From positions 89,487 to 153,486 of the forward strand of contig NW_013657659.1 of NCBI RefSeq assembly GCF_000142905.1: 64,000 nt of DNA, in the 5' to 3' direction. The notes beneath the pieces are model-generated. The model was given only the letters and a program-made list of their open reading frames with translations. It did no database searches and had not been told where the DNA came from. Shown here piece by piece: positions 54,464 through 64,000 of this stretch (its first letter is position 1; each line of letters starts with the position of its first letter). Origin of the DNA: Thecamonas trahens ATCC 50062 (lineage: Eukaryota > Protista > Apusomonadida). A program made the translations under genes and the position numbers.

Positions 54464-56320
54464 ATGGTCAAGTCACTTGTGCAGACATGCCCCGAATGGC
54501 CACCTCTTCCTGATACCCTCGGCTCTGTGGCCTTCAATGAGCGTGTGTGGTTCCTGACGGCGAGCCCTGCTGCCGTCTCCAACCTCTTCTCCAACATCAT
54601 TCTCGCCGAGTATGGCCATGCAGAAGCGCCTCTGCTCGAGTCCATGATCCGACTGGAAGCCGCACGTGCTGCCTATGCCGCTGCTGACTATATGCTCGCC
54701 ATGGAGAAGATGTTTGAAGCTCTTGAGTTCTGGATCTTTGTCATGCCGCCCGCAGACAAGCATCGCAAGCGCCTGCAGAGTCAGACTTTTCATGCCACTC
54801 TCTGCTGTGGCATACATATGGCAAGAAGAGTGGCTTCCACTGCTCGCGCTGGCACCGCTAGTCGGAGATCGGCACGCCCAGAGTCGGTTCTGGCCTCAAT
54901 CGCCCCGCTGACTGCCGCCGGTCAGAGCCACGGCGATGCGGCTCCAGCTCGCGTCTCGGAGAACGATGAGGCCGCCACCCAAGCAGTCTTTCTCCTCAAG
55001 CGGGCGCTCACCTTTCTCAAAGCCAAGTATGTGACCAAGAACAAGGCCGATCTTCTTGCTCTGGTCCACAACGCACTGGCCACGGTCTCGTTCCACACTG
55101 GCTCGCTCGCCCTCGCTCGGGTCTACCTCGAGAAAGCCATGGACGGCTCGTCGCGGTGGTTGTCAGTTGCGTCTGGCCCGCCTTTCAAAAATGTGCTTGC
55201 TCGCGGGACGGCCATTGCCACTGCGCTGCGGCACGCGTTGCTGATGTACGCCGATGATGCCTACCTACGGGCGCTGACTCGGACCCGGTTGGCGCTGGAG
55301 TTGGCCTGCCGCGCCCACGCCGGCTGGGCCTGGAGCTCGCTTTCGTGGTATGATGTCCCTGCGTCAGAGCTTATTGGCGTCGCTTGCCACAACGCTGCGG
55401 TCTACGTCATTGTCTCGTCGTCACGGGTGGAGCTCGCGCTCGCCGCCGCCGCCGCCGCCGAGGCAGCCAACTCGACGTCTGTTTCAGACGCCGCAGCCTC
55501 AGCGCTCGCTGCCGACCTCGTCGACGCCATGGCAGCCCACGATCTCTCGCCCGACGCAGCCGCCACTGCGCTTGAGATGGCCCGCATCCCCCGCCCGCTG
55601 GAAGAGCTCACTGTCGAGCTCGCCGATCTGGAGGCTGCGCTTGCTGCAGAAGACAAGAAGCTGCGCGTTGGGCTGAGCGCAAGCCACTCGGGCCGGCCGT
55701 CGTCCGCGTCGACCCGCCTCATTCCCGCATTGGCGTCGTCAGCCGCCCATCCACGTGCACACCTGGAGGCCCCTCCCGGTACTCGCTCGCGCCGCAAGGC
55801 CTCCGAGAAGCCAATGACCTCGATCTCGACGTACATTGCGCTCCAGCACGCGCCGCCCGACGAGGCCCTTGCCCGCAAGACTGCCGCCCGCAAGGCGGCC
55901 GCTCGCAAGTCGCGCGCCGCCAAGGCCGAGCGGCGGCGCAAGGCCAGACTACAGCGTGCGCAGCTGTCGCTTCCCGACTCTGTATCGCGCGCCGACACGC
56001 TTGCCATGCTGGAGGAGAGCCTCGAAGTCTACGCCCCGCATCGTGAGGGTGTGCATGTCGTCTGGGATGCTGAAGACAGCGACGCGTCGTGGCTCATGCC
56101 GTCGTCATTTGACGCCAACGCCGACACTGCCGCATCCCCCCCCAGCCGTCTTGGCATCGATGCCCTCGCCACAACAGCCGAGCCGTCGATCCAGCACGCT
56201 GCACCTCCTCACCTTGTTCCGTCGACCTCGCTCTGCTCGGCGCTCACCACCGCCCCCTCATCGGCCACCTACTGTCCGCCTGACATCTGGATTCGAACAG
56301 TTGATCCGTTTGCCGAGTAG
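54464..56320 (+). CDS. Uncharacterised alpha-helical (TPR-like) protein; may have an upstream exon
   Basis: 618-aa ORF with TPR-like LALVHNALATVSFHTGSLALARVYLEKAM and IGVACHNAAV. Candidate acceptor ACACAG at ~54453 after ACTCAC motifs. Confidence 0.6.
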   Translation: MVKSLVQTCPEWPPLPDTLGSVAFNERVWFLTASPAAVSNLFSNIILAEYGHAEAPLLESMIRLEAARAAYAAADYMLAMEKMFEALEFWIFVMPPADKHRKRLQSQTFHATLCCGIHMARRVASTARAGTASRRSARPESVLASIAPLTAAGQSHGDAAPARVSENDEAATQAVFLLKRALTFLKAKYVTKNKADLLALVHNALATVSFHTGSLALARVYLEKAMDGSSRWLSVASGPPFKNVLARGTAIATALRHALLMYADDAYLRALTRTRLALELACRAHAGWAWSSLSWYDVPASELIGVACHNAAVYVIVSSSRVELALAAAAAAEAANSTSVSDAAASALAADLVDAMAAHDLSPDAAATALEMARIPRPLEELTVELADLEAALAAEDKKLRVGLSASHSGRPSSASTRLIPALASSAAHPRAHLEAPPGTRSRRKASEKPMTSISTYIALQHAPPDEALARKTAARKAAARKSRAAKAERRRKARLQRAQLSLPDSVSRADTLAMLEESLEVYAPHREGVHVVWDAEDSDASWLMPSSFDANADTAASPPSRLGIDALATTAEPSIQHAAPPHLVPSTSLCSALTTAPSSATYCPPDIWIRTVDPFAE

Positions 56321-56687
56321 TCTCGCCACCTCAAACAAGTGCCGCCACGCCACCAGTCTCGCCGTTACCAACTACTCTCCAGCTCCCGATCTTGCCCCAT
56401 CATCATCCCCCATCTCTAATCCCCGTTCGAACCAACCGACCTCCCAACTTCCCTCTCCCCCCCCTTTCAACTGAGCGTGCACGATATGATGCCGGTCGAT
56501 AAGCCAACCTAGCGAGCAGGAGCTGTCTGCGGGGCAGAGACGAGCCGAGCCGGAACCAGAGCCCAAGCCGAGCCGAGCCGAGCCGAGCTCAAGTCAGGCA
56601 ACGAGCTAGCCACCACCTCTCTAGGCACGGCACCAGCTCGGCGAGGTCCTCAATCAGGGGAGCAACGTGAGACAGAGGGGAGGCGGC

Positions 56688-59600
56688 ATGCCCCGTGGGC
56701 TCAACGACTCTGCCTCGCTGCATGCAGCCCTTGCGTCGTCGGCGACTGCGGCGTACGAACGGCTGCAGAGCAGTGGCGGAAGTGGTGGACTAGGCGGGAA
56801 TGGCGGACATGGCGGGAATGGTGGGCATGGTGGAAATGACGGTGGTCGAAATGGTGGCGGGTGGAATGCTGGTGGTGGCGGCGGCGGCGGTAGTGGCCAT
56901 GGCGATGGAAGAGGGCGGACCATCAACGAAGAGGGAAGAGGACCTGGCGAGGAGGTGGTCCCGGACGCGCTGGCGGTGGTAGTAGAGCAGCCCGAGGCTG
57001 TTCGCAGTCTGGTGAGCCAGCTGGATCTTTCGCATCAGGGCATGGCTCATGTTCCGTTTGTTTTGACCGATCTGCTGCCGGCGCTGCGCATCTTGGACTT
57101 GTCGTTCAATGATCTGCGCGCTCTCCCGGTCGCACGCATGGTTTCCTCTCTGCCAAAGCTGACTGTCCTGGACCTCCGGCACAACAAGCTTGTGGACCTG
57201 GCCCACATCTCTGCGCTGGCCGCGCTGAGCAAGCTGGAGGAGCTGCATGTGGGAGGAAACCCGCTGCCGCACGTCTCGCGCAGAGTGCATCTGCTGCACA
57301 AGCTCATCTACGACCAGATGGACCGCTATCCGCTGACCGGCTCCGGTATCCGGCCATTTGCGGGGCCCATGGCCGAGTTACTGACGCAAATGTCGGCAAA
57401 GTCGTCGCTTGGCTCGTCAACCCGGGCCGAGCTGGACGCTATGGAGGCGCGCGGCGAGTTGAGCCGTGCCCAGCACCAGGAGGCCATTTCGCGGATCATG
57501 ATGCGCCGCCAAGGCTTGGCGCGAGCCGGTGGGAGCGAGGTGGTCGTCCTCGACGAGCGTGATCCAGACATTCTCTGCTCGGCTCGCCGTGGCATGACCA
57601 AGTATCTGGGTGTCTCCGAAGGCGAGCACGCGCCGCACGTCATCAAGCAGCAGCTCGCGCAGTCGTCCGTCTCGCGGCTGGGCTCGGACATCATGTACGC
57701 CGACATGCGGCAGGTGCCGATTCCGCGCGATGGCCCGTTTCCCAGCTTGCGTGTTCTCAACGGGCGGCCTGTGACAGTGGAGGACATGGACGCGGCCGAG
57801 CGGCTGGGCATATCAGGTGGGACGCAGTTCTCGCAACGACTTGAGGCCGACGCCGAGTTTGTCGAGACATCTGACCTGCTGTCGTCGTCGTCGACTCGCG
57901 CCAAGGAGAAAGAGTACCAGGCCATCTACGAGTCTGTCCTCGGCTCTGCCATCACCACCATTGACCGCATGGGCGTCGAGCGCGGCTCGACAAGCAAGAG
58001 CAGTACAGCTGCGTCGACGCTCCTCCGCTCTGTTGCCGCCGACGTCCACGCTCGTTCGCAGCGCGACGCACGCCACGCCGCTCGCAAGCGGTTTACCAAG
58101 CTGGTAGTCGGCCGAGAAGCCTCTCGCAAGCTCGAGGTCCTTGATCCGGACAGCAAGGACACCGGTCCGCACGAGGAATCACGATACGAGCCGCGGGGTG
58201 ACGACGGCAGACGCGACGACGACGAGGCCAATGCGGTCGACGCATATCTGGAGCTGCTGAAGAAGACCGAGGCGGCGTCAATGATTTCGGATGACGACAT
58301 GGCTTCGGTGCTGAAGAACCCAAACTCGACCAAGAAGTTGCGGCAGATCAAGACGCTGACGTCGCGGCAGCGGCAGGCGCGGCGTGGGACTATTCGGCGG
58401 GTTGTAGCGCCAGTCGAGTCAGACTCAGAGTCGAGCTCATCGGCCGACTCGGACGTGGCGCATCTGGTGGGCGAAGCCGAGGTGCGTGCACCGGGAAAGG
58501 TGCGGTCCAAAGGCGCGACGTCGGCGGCGTCGGACATCTACTATGAGTGTGCGGTGGTGCTCGACCAGTCGCACCGGGTCATCCACAACTCGGCTCCGCC
58601 CGAGTCGTCAACGACGGTGTACGATGACCGCAACGTTGTTTCCTCTCACATCCCGTTTGCCGTCTACGCCGACGTGCCCGAGTACGACGACATTGCTGGC
58701 GTGGCCCGGACAAACTCAACGTTGCTGGCGCGGACAGTGGCTGCGCCACGGTGGGTGCAGCGCAACCCCAAACTGCGGCAGCGAGCGGCGCAGCTCCGGG
58801 AGGCAAAGCGAGCCGAGATGGCCGCAATCGAAGCGGCGCGGCGGGCTGAGGCCGCCGAGGAGCGTCGTCGCGAGCGCCGGCTCGGATTCAAGTCCAAAGC
58901 CGAGCTTCCACCGCACATTGAGGTCTCGCCACTCATCTATCAGCAGTTCCAGGGCGTGCGGCGGCGTGTCGAGGGAGTGATCGGGCTGTCGTCGGCACGG
59001 GTGGGCCGGATTTCGGGCGCAACCGGCCAGCAGCTCGGTGAGATGTTCCAGGACATGGACGCCGAGTCCATCGAGGTGGCTCTCCGGCAGGCAGACCTCG
59101 ACCTCGAAATTGACGATGTGCGGTCGCGGTCACGTCAGCAGCTGGCAACCGAGCAGCGGTACCTGGCGCGGATGCGTGAGGCCGCTGAGCGGCGGGCTAG
59201 ACTCCGCGAGCACCACCGCCGGGTCCACCTCATCAAGCCGGGGTGCTCAGCTCGGCCGACGATATTGTGGCCGACGACGACCTGGCGATGATTGTGCCGG
59301 CCAAGGTCGACGAGAGCAAGGCCTCGACGCTGGCCGCGGGCTCGGCGGAGCGGTCGGACGCGGTGACCAAGTCGGCGACAGCTATCTTCAACATGCAGCC
59401 GGCAGAGCTGGATGAGTTTCTGTCGACGGCGCGGACCAACGACTTTGACCCAATCTCGGCACTGGCGGCGACCGAGACCGACGGCGGCGACGATGACGAC
59501 GGCGAGCCGAGGCTGCGCGGCCGCGGGCTCAGTGCGCTGCGTGGCGACACGTCGTACGCGCCTGCTCTAGGCAAGACTCGCGCTGAGGCTGCTGCCGAGC

Positions 59601-59734
59601 TCGAGAAGCTGCAGTCGTTTACCGAGCGGCGCATGCTTGGCTACGTTGCCGATATGTGCGTACACGAGCCTGACGATGAGTCGAAGCTGGCAGCGGCGGC
59701 GATCCGCTCCGAGCTCCGCTCCCGCGAGCGCTAG
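56688..59734 (+). CDS. Sds22-like leucine-rich-repeat protein with long coiled-coil/low-complexity tail; apparent frameshift ~59242
   Basis: LRRs LRILDLSFNDL, LTVLDLRHNKL and LEELHVGGNPL; LRRcap-like FPSLRVLNGRPVT. Adding one G joins ORF 56667-59291 to ORF 59243-59734. Confidence 0.78.
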
Positions 59735-59750
59735 CTTCCACACGCGGCCA

Positions 59751-61286
59751 CTAGAGCGTAAAGGTGTTGAACGCCATGCCGTACGGCACGACTGGTGGCG
59801 AGGTGTAGTACGGCGACGGCGGCGGAAGCGGGTGGAGCCGGCGGGTGGGTGAGTGCGAGAGAGCGCGATTCGGCGAGTGGGTGCGCGGCGGCGAGCTGTG
59901 GCCCTGCTCCTCGGTGTGGAGTGAGTAGAGCGAGTCGATGCGTGAGTCGCGCTCATGGAGCGCATCCCAGATTGACTGTATGTTGTCATGAATGGCCGAG
60001 AGCTCGCGCGAGGCTGAGTGCGAGGCCGAGCGTGAGCGCGAGCGCGAGGCCGCTGGACACGGACGAGAGCTCGTGCGGGGCCGCCTTGCCGGAGCCGCCG
60101 AGACGCTGTGGCTGCGGCTGCGGCTGCGGCTCCGAGTCGGCGACGCTGAATGGGTCGGCTCAATCGATGGCGGACGGGTGGCAAGGATGCGGACGGCGCG
60201 CTGGTAGACAACGTCCGGGTTGAGCTCAAAGTCGTCAACCTCAAGCTCGACGTCCAGGCCGTGGAGGCCGGCGATCGAGTCGACCGAGGCAATGGAGGAG
60301 ACGGAGAGGTCGGCGTCCCGCGGTGAGGCAAGCGGCGACGGAGCGTAAGCGACCGGCAGCGGTGGCAGGTGCGCTTCAGGCGGGATGTGGGAGCGGAGAA
60401 AGGCAAGGATGGCGTCGAGACCGGCGTCGGCAACGTCGGGCGGCGGAAACTGGATCGGGTTGCCTCGGAGCTCGAGCTGGGTGAGATGCGGGCAGGCGGC
60501 AAGCGAGGGCGGGATGGCGGTGAGTGCATTGAACGAGACGTTGAGGCAGATGAGCGATGAGAGGTGGCCGAGTGAGTCAGGCAACGCCTCCAGATCATTG
60601 TTCCATGCGCCGAGAACGGTCAGGCGCGGCAGTGCGCCGAGCGAGTCCGGCAGCCAGGTGAGGGCATTGTTCTTGAGCCAGAGAGCAGTGAGATGCTTGA
60701 GATTGCCGAGCGAGTCCGGCAGCTCTACCAGCCGATTGTCATCGAGCCAGAGCATGCGGAGGGCGGAGCAGGCGCCGAGCGAGTGCGGGAGTACGGCGAG
60801 ATGGTTAAAGTTGACGTGGAGGATCTCCAGAGCCGAGCACGATCCGATCGAGTCCGGCAGCGAGGTGATGTAGTTGGAGACAGCATAGAGCTCGCGGAGC
60901 GAGGAGCAGTCACCAATGGAGGTCGGGAGCGACTCGATGCGATTGTTGTCCACGCAAAGGAGCTCCAGAGCCTTCAGCTCTCCGAGGCGAGGCGGAAGGC
61001 ATCTCAGGTGGTTGTTCTTAACCCACAAGCCCTTGAGAGCCGTGAGCGAGCAGATACTCTCCGGCAATCGCTCCAGCACATTGTTTGAGAGGACCAGCTC
61101 AGTGAGATGGACAAGCGAGCCGAGCGAGTCGGGCAGCATCCGCAGCTGGTTGTCGTACAGCCAAAGCTCCGTCAGGTGGCCAAAGCCCACCACGTCCGCA
61201 GGCAGGCTACCCAGCCCTCGTCCGCCCAGGTTCAGCTGCCCTGCTCCTGTCCTTGCTTCGGCAAGTACAGTTTCTATGTCGTCCAT
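59751..61286 (-). CDS. LRR protein (about 11 regular 23-aa repeats, SHOC2/PIRL-like) with Ser/Arg-rich tail
   Basis: Repeats LxxLxLxxNxLxxLPDSLGxL; cap GNPIQFPPPDVADAGLDAILAFLR. Confidence 0.9.
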   Translation of the reverse strand: MDDIETVLAEARTGAGQLNLGGRGLGSLPADVVGFGHLTELWLYDNQLRMLPDSLGSLVHLTELVLSNNVLERLPESICSLTALKGLWVKNNHLRCLPPRLGELKALELLCVDNNRIESLPTSIGDCSSLRELYAVSNYITSLPDSIGSCSALEILHVNFNHLAVLPHSLGACSALRMLWLDDNRLVELPDSLGNLKHLTALWLKNNALTWLPDSLGALPRLTVLGAWNNDLEALPDSLGHLSSLICLNVSFNALTAIPPSLAACPHLTQLELRGNPIQFPPPDVADAGLDAILAFLRSHIPPEAHLPPLPVAYAPSPLASPRDADLSVSSIASVDSIAGLHGLDVELEVDDFELNPDVVYQRAVRILATRPPSIEPTHSASPTRSRSRSRSHSVSAAPARRPRTSSRPCPAASRSRSRSASHSASRELSAIHDNIQSIWDALHERDSRIDSLYSLHTEEQGHSSPPRTHSPNRALSHSPTRRLHPLPPPSPYYTSPPVVPYGMAFNTFTL

Positions 61287-61612
61287 GGTGGGGGTGGGGT
61301 GGGGTGGGGTGGGGGGGGGGGAGGGGGGGAGGGGGAGGGCAGAAGACGCGGAGTTCGGTGAGGGGCAGCGGCATCGGCGGGGGGGAAGACAGGGGGGGGA
61401 GGGGGAGGGGAAGAAGGACGCTAAGAGGCTGAGGGTGATTGATGAATGGATGGAGAATGAATTGGGGGAACGATGAAGGGCATGGCAAGGGGGGGGGGAT
61501 GGGGCGCTTGCTCTTGCAATTACAAGGTCAGAGGCACGGTACGGGTTGTGGTTGATCAAGAGCGGGGGAGGGCGACATGAGAGGGCACGGGCAGAGCGAT
61601 GCGATGGCTTTA

Positions 61613-62821
61613 TCAAATGAAGCCGCCACCGCCAAAGCCGCCACCGCCAAAGCCTCCGCCGCCAAAGCCTCCGCCGCCAAAGCCGCCACCGTATCCTCCG
61701 CCACGCCCGCCGCCACGTCCGCGCCCACGCCCGCGCCCGCGCCCGCGCCCGCCGCCAAAGCCGCCAAGGCCAAACCCAGGTCCACCGCCCGGTGGAAAAA
61801 GCATGTCGTTGTCGGGACCAAGATCGCCTGGTCCAATTGGATCGTATCGTGCGCCAGGAACACTCGGCCCGATGCCCCCGCCGCCACGTCCGGCAAACAG
61901 CGGATCGTTTGGGCCCATGAGCGAGCCGCCGCCACCAAGTGGGCCACCCAGCGGGCCGCCGCCAAACGGACCGCCGGGCGGAACAATGCCATAGCCAGGG
62001 TTGAGATCAGCGTCGCCGAGGTTAGGTCCCGGAATGTGGATTCTGCCTTGGCGGCCAGGTGCCCGAGGCCGCGGATCGGCGCGGCCGGGCGCCCGAGGCC
62101 GCGGATCGGCACGACCAGGAGCAGTCGATGACGACGACGGCGGCGGCGCGGCCTCTCCCGACTCGTACCCGTCCTTGGGCACCAGCTTGCGGACAATAGC
62201 ATCGCGGAGAAGACCCTCGAGACGGACACTGTCTTTGAACAGCAAGCTCCAGTCCCCATCCCAGCCCGCCAGCGCCTCACCAACAACGTGGTCGTCGACC
62301 TTGACCTCGAGCGGGAACAGATCCTCACTCTCGACAATCATGGCGGTGATGAGGACCTTTGAGCCCATTCGGAGCACCTTGACCTCAAACCGCAACGCCG
62401 ACGCCGTGTGTGCATACCGAAAGCAGAACAGATCTGGCCCGCTGTCCTGCCATCCGCGTGGGAACACCAGCATGCCAGGCGCCGCGTCGACAATAGGAGC
62501 ATCCACCGGTGCGATCGATGCCTGCTCACCTTTTTCTCCGCCTCCATCCTCGCCCTCGCCTTGACCAACGGCAGCCATCGGCGCCTCATCACAGCCATCG
62601 CCTCCAACCTCGTCCTCACCCACGCCGATGCTCTTGAATCCGCCGTCCACAATCAGTAGCGCATGGAGATAGCCCGCCAGCGCTGCCTGTCGGCTCGCAG
62701 GCACCACCGCCGGCTCGAGCGCATTAAGCGACTGCACCGCCCGGCTCTCACCCATAACTTTGGCTTCGCCATGACTACCTCTGGTACCGCTTCCGTCCTC
62801 CCCGTTAGCCCTTGCAGACAT
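61613..62821 (-). CDS. PSMF1: Proteasome regulator PI31
   Basis: FP domain LHALLIVDGGF..FPRGWQ..LFCFRY. Pro-rich motifs LGDADLNP, GSLMGPNDPLF, VPGARYDPIGP and PDNDMLFPPG. Confidence 0.85.
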   Translation of the reverse strand: MSARANGEDGSGTRGSHGEAKVMGESRAVQSLNALEPAVVPASRQAALAGYLHALLIVDGGFKSIGVGEDEVGGDGCDEAPMAAVGQGEGEDGGGEKGEQASIAPVDAPIVDAAPGMLVFPRGWQDSGPDLFCFRYAHTASALRFEVKVLRMGSKVLITAMIVESEDLFPLEVKVDDHVVGEALAGWDGDWSLLFKDSVRLEGLLRDAIVRKLVPKDGYESGEAAPPPSSSSTAPGRADPRPRAPGRADPRPRAPGRQGRIHIPGPNLGDADLNPGYGIVPPGGPFGGGPLGGPLGGGGSLMGPNDPLFAGRGGGGIGPSVPGARYDPIGPGDLGPDNDMLFPPGGGPGFGLGGFGGGRGRGRGRGRGRGGGRGGGYGGGFGGGGFGGGGFGGGGFGGGGFI

Positions 62822-63079
62822 GCTTCGACTCTTGGCGATGGGTGCCTGGCTCAGTCCCGGTCACAGGCCTTGGTGCCGAACGAAGGTCGCCGCCCAAACT
62901 CCAGCGCGACCGCTTCCCCGTGACGCACTCGCTGCGCCCGATCGCTGCCCAGACGTCGGCTCAGGACCGATCGCTTTGTGACGGATATCGACACATATCA
63001 CACAAGATGTGGCGTACAGTGGGAGGAAGAGAATGTGGTTCGTATGATCTCTGAGTTTTGGGCTTGTCGCACGTATCGC

Positions 63080-63930
63080 CATCATAAGCCCCCCCCCCCC
63101 CCCGCCATCGCACTCAACCTCCATCGTACGCAGTCTCGTCCTCACCACCCACACACGCACACACGCACATACTTACAATACCACTCCCCTTTCCTGAATG
63201 ATCTGGTCATGGTCATCTACACACACGCGCCCGTACTAGCGTTATGATCGCCACCATCTGCTCTGGGCTGCCGCATCTGCCTTTGCTCTACCACATTCAT
63301 GTGATCATGCTTTTTTCGCTTGTCTCCCTCGGCCGTCTTCCGCCCCGCACTCTGCTTTTATCTCTGCTTCAGGGCCATTCATCCTTTCATCATCATCATC
63401 ATCGCCCTCTCTCTTACACTCTCTTATTACCTATGCACACCATGTTGGAGTTATACACATCAGCTGCGTCTCCTCTGCTCTTTTCCGCTCCCTCGGCATC
63501 GATTCTGCAAGTACGCGGCAGTCGATCCACACTGCGAAAAACTTGACGTAGCCCCATCCCCCGCCAGCTCATCTCCTACTCCATCCCCGACTCGATCGCC
63601 TGTATTTTCTTCCTTGCTCACCCCTCCATCTCACTCTCTATCGATGTATGCCACTTATGACCTGCTTACACCTCTGATTCCGCTCCCATCGACTCCAGAT
63701 TCCGCCCTATTCTGCCTCCATCGATTCCGATCACGATCGACCGCCCCTCTCCTCCCCCCCCTCCGTCCTCCCATTCTCCTCATCTCCAGTCGTCCTCATC
63801 CTGTTCCTCCCCTCCCTCTTCCCCCTCACATCTTCTCATTTCTTCTCACTCTCCCCCCATCTTCCCCGATCGATGTCGTCCTCCCCCCCTCCGTCCCGTT
63901 CCCGGCCGGCCCCGGATCAACCTTGACCGC
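63080..63930. other. Pyrimidine-rich low-complexity intergenic region
   Basis: C/T-skewed tracts with (CAT)n and (CA)n; no convincing ORF. Confidence 0.6.
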
Positions 63931-64000
63931 ATCTTAATATTCCTCAAGTTTTGAAACGAGTGCTATCGTCTAGAGTGATTTTGTAAAAAATCCGCCCGAC

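Noticed and set aside
59751-61286. Roco/LRRK-type protein
   Set aside because: The LRR cap resembles the one preceding ROC domains, but no GTPase motifs follow.
63244-63937. ORFs at the window end
   Set aside because: Low-complexity pyrimidine-rich sequence without coding-like codon usage.

Overview
A GC-rich, extremely gene-dense eukaryotic nuclear scaffold segment with two assembly gaps (5208-5951, 40351-40450). Composition, intron scarcity and gene content (ciliary proteins, AP-4, a GRL-type 7TM protein, a Sushi/GCC multi-TM receptor) suggest a flagellate protist such as an apusomonad (Thecamonas-like); this is an inference. About 29 protein-coding genes can be supported. Recognisable ones include a FERM-like/cNMP/RapGAP/CNH protein, eIF4B-like, Nup88-like, a five-domain adenylate kinase, LYRM5-like, tyrosine aminotransferase, a VIP36-like lectin, myotubularin, EEF1AKMT1, RPL13, an HEXXH DPP III-like peptidase, an At2g30600-type BTB protein, nocturnin, INPP5B/OCRL, a DUF2062 protein, AP4B1, UBXN11, a UCP-like carrier, ZMAT2, two LRR proteins and PI31. 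Six apparent frameshifts are each repaired by adding one base, five of them to an existing C or G run, so they are probably sequencing errors. Points worth a second look: a putative cyclic-nucleotide-gated RapGAP; a gustatory-receptor-like 7TM channel; an adenylate kinase with one intact and four degenerate P-loops; an isolated 80-nt pre-miRNA-like hairpin; introns that are all 5'-proximal with GTACG donors and ACTCAC branch points; convergent genes whose stops abut or overlap, often with a nearby TAAA; and an intronic 20-bp minisatellite whose terminal copy may supply the branch point. All family assignments come from motif recognition by eye, not database searches.
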